Shown: positions 59,396-64,000 of the stretch, piece after piece
Numbering within the stretch: the stretch's first letter is position 1
Layout of the letters: each line of letters starts with the position of its first letter
IMG/VR virus record: IMGVR_UViG_3300032309_000931
Span: 1 to 64,000 of that record
Length of the DNA: 64,000 nucleotides
Direction: 5' to 3' (one strand)
Origin: a virus
Position numbers and translations under genes: made by a program
Notes under the pieces: generated by a model
The model's database searches: none
What the model saw: only the letters and a program-made list of their open reading frames with translations
Told to the model about the DNA's origin: nothing

Positions 59396-59512
59396 ATGAA
59401 CTGGTATCAAGTACTCGTAGAGTATGATGAAATGATTGGCACAATCTATGTTGCGGCAGATGAATTGGAAGCATTCAAGGCAAAGTATAAAGTGCTAAGC
59501 GTAATCATCTAG
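59396..59512 (+). CDS. 38-aa microprotein
   Basis: MNWYQVLVEYDEMIG...; AAAGGACA RBS. Confidence 0.65.
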   Translation: MNWYQVLVEYDEMIGTIYVAADELEAFKAKYKVLSVII

Positions 59513-59568
59513 GGTTTCGTGTCGGTGGTCGCTGGTATACTAATAACATAAACAAGAAAAGGACAATA

Positions 59569-59709
59569 ATGACAAAGAGTCGATACACAACCGTACTGGT
59601 GGAAATGCCAGACAAGATTTTTTTCCAAGCAATCCACATCTATGATTGGGCTAAGGAAATCGAATACTTGAAATCTCAGGGTGCTACTTCTATCACTATA
59701 GCCAAGTAG
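59569..59709 (+). CDS. 46-aa microprotein
   Basis: MTKSRYTTVLVEMPDK...; AAAGGACA RBS. Confidence 0.65.
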   Translation: MTKSRYTTVLVEMPDKIFFQAIHIYDWAKEIEYLKSQGATSITIAK

Positions 59710-59718
59710 TTATCCACA

Positions 59719-59768
59719 GGGGTATCGAATGAGCCTGTAGTTATCCACAGCAAATAAGTCGATACCCC
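59719..59768 (+). ncRNA. RUGAGC/CAAAUAAR motif copy 3
   Basis: GGGGTATCGA ATGAGC CTGT-AGTTATCC-ACAG CAAATAAG TCGATACCCC. Confidence 0.55.
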
Positions 59769-59901
59769 CAAAGTTATCCACAGGCTGCGCCCCACGCAAG
59801 TTTATTGCGTCTTTATGAAGATAGTTGCGTTTTCCCTGAATTGGGGGGTTTTATGTCGGTGGTCGGCTGTATACTGATAACATAGACAGAAAAGGACAAC
59901 T

Positions 59902-60081
59902 ATGACAAATCAACTCCCAGAAAACAAGGCAACTGCCGAACAGTATGAAACTCTCAAATCGCTTATCACAAAGCGTTACCCTGACGCAGACCTGCTTCAC
60001 ATCTACGCTTCACTCTCAGGCGTACTTTCAGTAGGCGTATCTGAAGAGGCTATGGCACGACTTATCGAACTACACCAGTAG
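59902..60081 (+). CDS. 59-aa microprotein
   Basis: MTNQLPENKATAEQYE...; AAAGGACA RBS. Confidence 0.65.
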   Translation: MTNQLPENKATAEQYETLKSLITKRYPDADLLHIYASLSGVLSVGVSEEAMARLIELHQ

Positions 60082-60133
60082 TTTCGTGTCGGTGCTCACC
60101 AGTATAATTGTAATACAAGCAGAAAAGGAAAAA

Positions 60134-60367
60134 ATGGAACAACTAATCGGAACAAACGTAAAAACACACAACCACGCTTATCTTGGTGAGGTTCGCAACG
60201 TGTCTAGACTGTTTGTAAAGCCTATCTATCGTCACCTGAGAGGCATTGAGGCTAACGAGCCTTATGTTGCCTACGCTGTCGAAATCGAAGGCTCGGACAG
60301 TCCTAAAGGCTGGACAACGCTTATCGCTCGTGATGAAGCAGACATCCTGAAGCGTTACGCAGTCTAA
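60134..60367 (+). CDS. Small hypothetical protein
   Basis: Start MEQLIG after AAAGGA. Confidence 0.65.
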   Translation: MEQLIGTNVKTHNHAYLGEVRNVSRLFVKPIYRHLRGIEANEPYVAYAVEIEGSDSPKGWTTLIARDEADILKRYAV

Positions 60368-60374
60368 TCCGTAA

Positions 60375-60416
60375 GGGGAGAGAGTGAGCCTCGCAAGAGC
60401 AAATAAATCTCTCCCC
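60375..60416 (+). ncRNA. RUGAGC/CAAAUAAR motif copy 4
   Basis: GGGGAGAGA GTGAGC CTC-GCAA-GAG CAAATAAA TCTCTCCCC. Confidence 0.55.
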
Positions 60417-60579
60417 AAACAGGATACATTCCAAAATGGGAATGTGTGTCAATCTCAAAAAAATGCGCCCCCCCCCACCCCTAGCCTTAATTACGAATTA
60501 AGAAAACAAATCCCAGATTCCCGAATTAGATGTCGGTGGTCAATGTTATACTGTATACATAACGAAAGGACATAAGCAA

Positions 60580-60846
60580 ATGGCTTACTCAAACACTCAC
60601 GCAGATTTCTACCAGACGGCTATGGGGACTATGGTCACAGAGCCTCAGTCGGCTTGGGATACCTCTACTCACTGTGCAGACTGTGGCGTTCAGTACGCTT
60701 ACTGTGGCTGCCCCAACGAGGACATTGACGAGCCTGTTGATGGCTTTGCTGTCTGTGCTGTCTGCGACTATACCGTTCGTGGACTATTCTATCTCAATGG
60801 GGATTCAACTGGTCGCTGTGCTGGATGCCATAACTCTATTCGATAG
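60580..60846 (+). CDS. Cys-rich zinc-binding protein
   Basis: CADC..CGC..CAVC..CAGC; AAAGGACA RBS. Confidence 0.7.
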   Translation: MAYSNTHADFYQTAMGTMVTEPQSAWDTSTHCADCGVQYAYCGCPNEDIDEPVDGFAVCAVCDYTVRGLFYLNGDSTGRCAGCHNSIR

Positions 60847-60985
60847 GAGTTATCCACAGGCTGGGGCGCAGCTTTTGATCCTAGACATAATTACGTAAGC
60901 ATTAAAAATACCCTGGAAATTTCCCTAGTTTTATGTCGGTGCTCAGATGTATAATTATATTATCAACCAAACAAAGGACAAAGTA

Positions 60986-61537
60986 ATGACTACTCTCACC
61001 GCTAACGAAATTCACACCGCAACTGCTACAGATTTGTACCGTGACCTGATTGTTCGTGCTACTCTTGGACAGGTCGAACAGGCTAGTGTCTGGTATCACG
61101 AAGCACAAGAAGTTGCCCAAGAGGTTGCTCGTAATCTGGACACAACGCTAGAGGTTGGTGCTAGTGTCGTATCTGCGTTTTCTCCTCGTGAGCGTTGGGC
61201 AAGCAACATCGAAAAGGCTGTGGCGTTCTCACTTGGACACACGCCTAAAGGATTGGGCAACAACCTCAAAATGGCACAGTCCTCGCTGACTGCTGGATTC
61301 TATGCCCTCAAGGGTCTCAAGACTAATGCGTTTGCTCGTGCCATTGCTGGAGATACTGACGCTGTTGTGATTGACATTTGGATGATGAGAGCGGCAGGTA
61401 TGGAAACTGATAGCCCAACTCAAGGACAGTATTTCGCACTCTCACTTGCTTGCCGTAATGTCGCTAAAGAATTTGGGCTTACTCCTCGCACCGCACAGGC
61501 TCTGATTTGGATTCTCGTGAGAGGCTCAGCAATCTAA
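60986..61537 (+). CDS. HhH-GPD/DNA glycosylase-like helical protein
   Basis: WY..A..VA, SAFSP..RW..N, GLKTNAF, VVIDIW..RA, P..AQALIW. Confidence 0.55.
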   Translation: MTTLTANEIHTATATDLYRDLIVRATLGQVEQASVWYHEAQEVAQEVARNLDTTLEVGASVVSAFSPRERWASNIEKAVAFSLGHTPKGLGNNLKMAQSSLTAGFYALKGLKTNAFARAIAGDTDAVVIDIWMMRAAGMETDSPTQGQYFALSLACRNVAKEFGLTPRTAQALIWILVRGSAI

Positions 61538-61653
61538 GGGCTACCCCGAAAGGGGTTGCGCCCCACGCAGCTTTCTTGCGTAATTACGAACAATTTTTGT
61601 TTTTCCCTAAATTTGGGTAGTTATGTGTCGGTGCTCTGATGTATACTAATACT

Positions 61654-61818
61654 ATGAAGAAAAAGAACCCAACTCACAAAGGTATTGAGAACAAGCCCTA
61701 CATTGAGGCTATGCGTGAATTGCGTAGGTCTAACGCAGCCACTACCCACGACAACCGCCCTAACCGTTTGCGTACTCGCAAAGCAATCAAAACCCAAGCA
61801 ATCAAGGAGAACGAATAA
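61654..61818 (+). CDS. 54-aa basic microprotein, leaderless
   Basis: MKKKNP...MRELRRSNAATTH..R.RTR; ATG 6 nt after TATACT. Confidence 0.65.
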   Translation: MKKKNPTHKGIENKPYIEAMRELRRSNAATTHDNRPNRLRTRKAIKTQAIKENE

Positions 61819-61985
61819 TGGAATGTGAATTCTGCACTAATGAAAAACTGGCTACCGTTTCGGTTATGCACCTGCGTGACCGTATCGAACAAGCCGCCTG
61901 TGGCAAGTGTGCCAACGACCTATCTGATGAAAAGTGGGTAGTCACTCACGAATTCGACACATCTATCTGGGATTTTGCAGGGTAG
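61818..61985 (+). CDS. 55-aa zinc-finger microprotein
   Basis: MECEFC...ACGKC; TAATG coupling, AAGGAG RBS. Confidence 0.6.
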   Translation: MECEFCTNEKLATVSVMHLRDRIEQAACGKCANDLSDEKWVVTHEFDTSIWDFAG

Positions 61986-62040
61986 TTATGTGTCGGTGGT
62001 CTAGGTTATAATAGTAATACGAACAAAGAAAAGGACAGAA

Positions 62041-62214
62041 ATGAAAAAGTACAACTTCACTGGTTTCGCATTCGGTAGTAACGGAGAAATGGTTTTCCGT
62101 ATTGAGGTTCTGAACCACACCGAAAACGGAACAAATGTTTCCACCCAAATCGATTTGGAACTCACACCAGAGGAACGAACCGAACTCATCACCCAACTTA
62201 TCTCAATCAAGTAG
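62041..62214 (+). CDS. 57-aa microprotein
   Basis: MKKYNFTGFAFGSNG...; AAAGGACA RBS. Confidence 0.65.
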   Translation: MKKYNFTGFAFGSNGEMVFRIEVLNHTENGTNVSTQIDLELTPEERTELITQLISIK

Positions 62215-62265
62215 TTTGGTGTCGGTGCTTCACGCTATAATAGAACTACGAACAAAGGACAATAA

Positions 62266-62445
62266 ATGAAAGACACAATCAACCGTTCAGGTGAGGTAAT
62301 CGAAAATCTCACAATCGCACAGGGTGACCGCCGTTATGCTTACGCATTTGCGTTTGGATTTGCGTGGTCTTTGCTCTCGGAAAAGAACCGTAAAGAGTTG
62401 CTGAAAATCTCAGAACGAAAAGCACAAGAAAAGGACAACGACTAA
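62266..62445 (+). CDS. 59-aa microprotein
   Basis: MKDTINRSGEVIENL...YAFAFGFAWSLL; AAAGGACA RBS. Confidence 0.6.
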   Translation: MKDTINRSGEVIENLTIAQGDRRYAYAFAFGFAWSLLSEKNRKELLKISERKAQEKDND

Positions 62446-62642
62446 TGACAAAGTATCCAGAAATCGAAGTACAACTTACAGGACAAGACGGCAACGCATT
62501 CGCAATTATGGGTGCGGTATCTCGTGAACTCCGCAAGGCTGGGGTATCCAAAGAGGAAATCAACGAATACACTACGCAATCTATGTCTGGCGACTATGAC
62601 AACCTTTTGCGTACTGCTATGGCTTGGGTGAGTGTATCCTAA
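62445..62642 (+). CDS. Conserved phage hypothetical protein
   Basis: LTGQDGNAFAIMG.V...LR.AG...SGDYDNLL. Confidence 0.75.
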   Translation: MTKYPEIEVQLTGQDGNAFAIMGAVSRELRKAGVSKEEINEYTTQSMSGDYDNLLRTAMAWVSVS

Positions 62643-62821
62643 TGATGACACGCAAAGACTATGTAGCCGTTTCAGAATTGCTGAACACCTACGCTCTCAA
62701 AATAGATGAGCAAACATTCGACCTACTCATTCACGACTTTGCTGGACTGATGGCAAAGGACAATGAGCGTTTCATCGCTGACCGTTTCATCTCCGCTTGC
62801 TGGAATGGCGAGAATGCTTGA
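62642..62821 (+). CDS. Conserved phage hypothetical protein
   Basis: MTRKDY...DNERF..DRF..AC. Confidence 0.7.
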   Translation: MMTRKDYVAVSELLNTYALKIDEQTFDLLIHDFAGLMAKDNERFIADRFISACWNGENA

Positions 62822-62879
62822 GATTATTGTTATCACGCTGGGGGTATTGGCAGTACTCCTGGCGTGGTTCAATGACTAA
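62814..62879 (+). CDS. 21-aa TM peptide
   Basis: MLEIIVITLGVLAVLLAWFND; overlaps upstream stop. Confidence 0.35.
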   Translation: MLEIIVITLGVLAVLLAWFND

Positions 62880-62998
62880 AATTTTGCGCCCCCCTGCCCT
62901 CACAAACCTATTACTAACCTTACGATCTTTTTCCCGAAATTCACAGAGTTTGATGTCGGTGGTACTTGGTATAATAGAAACATAACGAAAGGACACTA

Positions 62999-63304
62999 AT
63001 GAACGACGGAACATACCTCAACCTTGACGGAAAGTTTATTCTCTCTCACGCCAAGTCTGGCTATTGGGTAGCCGTTCACAAGTACGACAGCCTTGACGAC
63101 ACTATTTCAGGGGATTACGTAGGCGTGTGGACAAATCCCGAAACTGGCGTTATGTACCTTGACCGTAGCGTTTGGGTGTCTGACTTGGACAACGCTATCG
63201 CTCTGGGTAAGTCACAAGGACAATTGGCTATCTGGGACTGTGCCAATGAAACAGAAATCTGGCTCAACGAATACTTTGCCGATGTATTCAAAGACGAAGT
63301 TTGA
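62999..63304 (+). CDS. Hypothetical protein
   Basis: YVGVW...YLDRS...A..LG..GQLAIWD; AAAGGACA RBS. Confidence 0.75.
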   Translation: MNDGTYLNLDGKFILSHAKSGYWVAVHKYDSLDDTISGDYVGVWTNPETGVMYLDRSVWVSDLDNAIALGKSQGQLAIWDCANETEIWLNEYFADVFKDEV

Positions 63305-63332
63305 TGTCGGTACTCCCCTGTATAATTAGACT

Positions 63333-63443
63333 ATGAACGAACAATTTATCGAATGCCCCCAATGTGGCGACACAGTAATCGAATCCGATATGCGTGAGGT
63401 AGGCGTATGTTGGGAATGTGACTATCTACCAGAGGAGAAATAA
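63333..63443 (+). CDS. 36-aa zinc-ribbon microprotein, leaderless
   Basis: MNEQFIECPQCG...VCWECD; ATG 6 nt after TATAAT. Confidence 0.6.
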   Translation: MNEQFIECPQCGDTVIESDMREVGVCWECDYLPEEK

Positions 63444-63722
63444 ATGGGAAGAATGTTTGTAGAGAGTATCAAGGAACTTGGCGATATCGAATTAGAGGAT
63501 ATGGTGAGTATGCACTTCAGTAGCAATTGCTACCCCCCAATTCCACAGTTTATGGTGCAGTCAGCGGTAGCCGCTATCAACGCTTGCAACTATGGTGACT
63601 ACAATGAGGTAATCCAATTGCCACACGGAGTCACTTACAGGGGTAGTGAGTTTGTTGATGCAGCCACCTATGTCGAAGCACACCGCCTTGAGGGATTCGT
63701 AGAATGGGAGTATGAGGACTAA
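63444..63722 (+). CDS. Hypothetical protein
   Basis: HFSSNCYPPIP...LPHGVTYRG...HRLEGF; AGGAG RBS. Confidence 0.75.
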   Translation: MGRMFVESIKELGDIELEDMVSMHFSSNCYPPIPQFMVQSAVAAINACNYGDYNEVIQLPHGVTYRGSEFVDAATYVEAHRLEGFVEWEYED

Positions 63723-63811
63723 TGGACTGGGAAAACGTAATTGACTGGAAAGTTGTTGACAGGTTGACAGACGAACAGGTATCCGCTATACTGGATATGT
63801 TCGACAAGTAA
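63722..63811 (+). CDS. 29-aa microprotein
   Basis: MDWENVIDWKVVDRLTDEQVSAILDMFDK; TAATG coupling. Confidence 0.5.
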   Translation: MDWENVIDWKVVDRLTDEQVSAILDMFDK

Positions 63812-63818
63812 GGATAAA

Positions 63819-63992
63819 ATGACTGACTATATACTCAAATATCAGGTATGGAATGGACACGAGGACGGTAAGTTGGCAACGTTCCGTCACTTGGAACAGG
63901 CACAACTGTTTGTCGATAGCGTGAGAGCATTCTATCCCAAGGTATTTGTTTATGATGTTTTGACTGGACAACGATTGGTGAGTGCAGACTAG
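63819..63992 (+). CDS. 57-aa microprotein
   Basis: MTDYILKYQVWNG...; AAGGA RBS. Confidence 0.55.
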   Translation: MTDYILKYQVWNGHEDGKLATFRHLEQAQLFVDSVRAFYPKVFVYDVLTGQRLVSAD

Positions 63993-64000
63993 GAGCTGCG

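Larger units (their letters stand above)
58511..60858 (+). promoter_or_regulatory. Cluster of DnaA boxes
   Basis: TTATCCACA at 58521, 59237, 59258, 59280, 59710, 59741, 59774, 60850; inverted TTATGCACA at 58511-58519; all intergenic. Confidence 0.8.
58084..63326. promoter_or_regulatory. Array of 15 RecA-NDp/PafBC-type promoters, TGTCGGTG-N8-TAnnnT
   Basis: Plus-strand starts: 58248, 58646, 58820, 59348, 59520, 59854, 60087, 60531, 60934, 61626, 61991, 62220, 62954, 63305; minus strand 58105-58084; spacing is invariant. Confidence 0.85.

Noticed and set aside
58820-62241. WhiA GACAC sites as the explanation of the promoter motif
   Set aside because: Only some copies have GTGTC; many have ATGTC. 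The full TGTCGGTG-N8-TAnnnT pattern fits RecA-NDp much better.
58248-63326. CRISPR array interpretation of the TGTCGGTG repeats
   Set aside because: Repeats are short, irregularly spaced and separated by genes. The Cas4-like gene is a solo phage exonuclease with no cas operon.
58311-63971. Minus-strand ORFs in the early region (58311, 60143, 60902, 61229, 61698, 61963, 62309, 62787, 63786) and plus-strand 57923, 60384, 60674
   Set aside because: They overlap better-supported cassettes or regulatory spacers and lack initiation signals.

Overview
This window is a 64 kb stretch of a large, low-GC tailed dsDNA phage. The host is very likely an actinobacterium: it has class Ib nrdE/nrdI/nrdH, DnaE, many leaderless extended -10 promoters and RecA-NDp/PafBC-type promoters. 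Positions 1-56.8 kb are almost all on the minus strand. In window order they hold nrdE/nrdI, terminase, a nuclease/RecA cluster, DnaE-SSB-primase-DnaB, baseplate/minor tail, a 2445-aa tape measure protein with internal cargo domains, two paralogous tail chaperones, major tail, head-tail connectors, capsid, protease/scaffold, portal, tail fibres, an NlpC/P60 hydrolase and a membrane protein. One glycosyltransferase lies on the plus strand. After a strand switch at about 57-58 kb comes an array of small early-type cassettes, mostly microproteins missed by the ORF track. This array is the most unusual part. Fifteen promoters fit the actinobacterial LexA-independent DNA-damage (RecA-NDp/PafBC) consensus TGTCGGTG-N8-TAnnnT. 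The spacers between cassettes carry 8 perfect DnaA boxes, a covarying RNA-like internal-loop motif (4 copies), MtrA/GlnR-like direct repeats and the only GCGC sites I could find in the window. All functional calls come from motif recognition by eye; no database searches were run.
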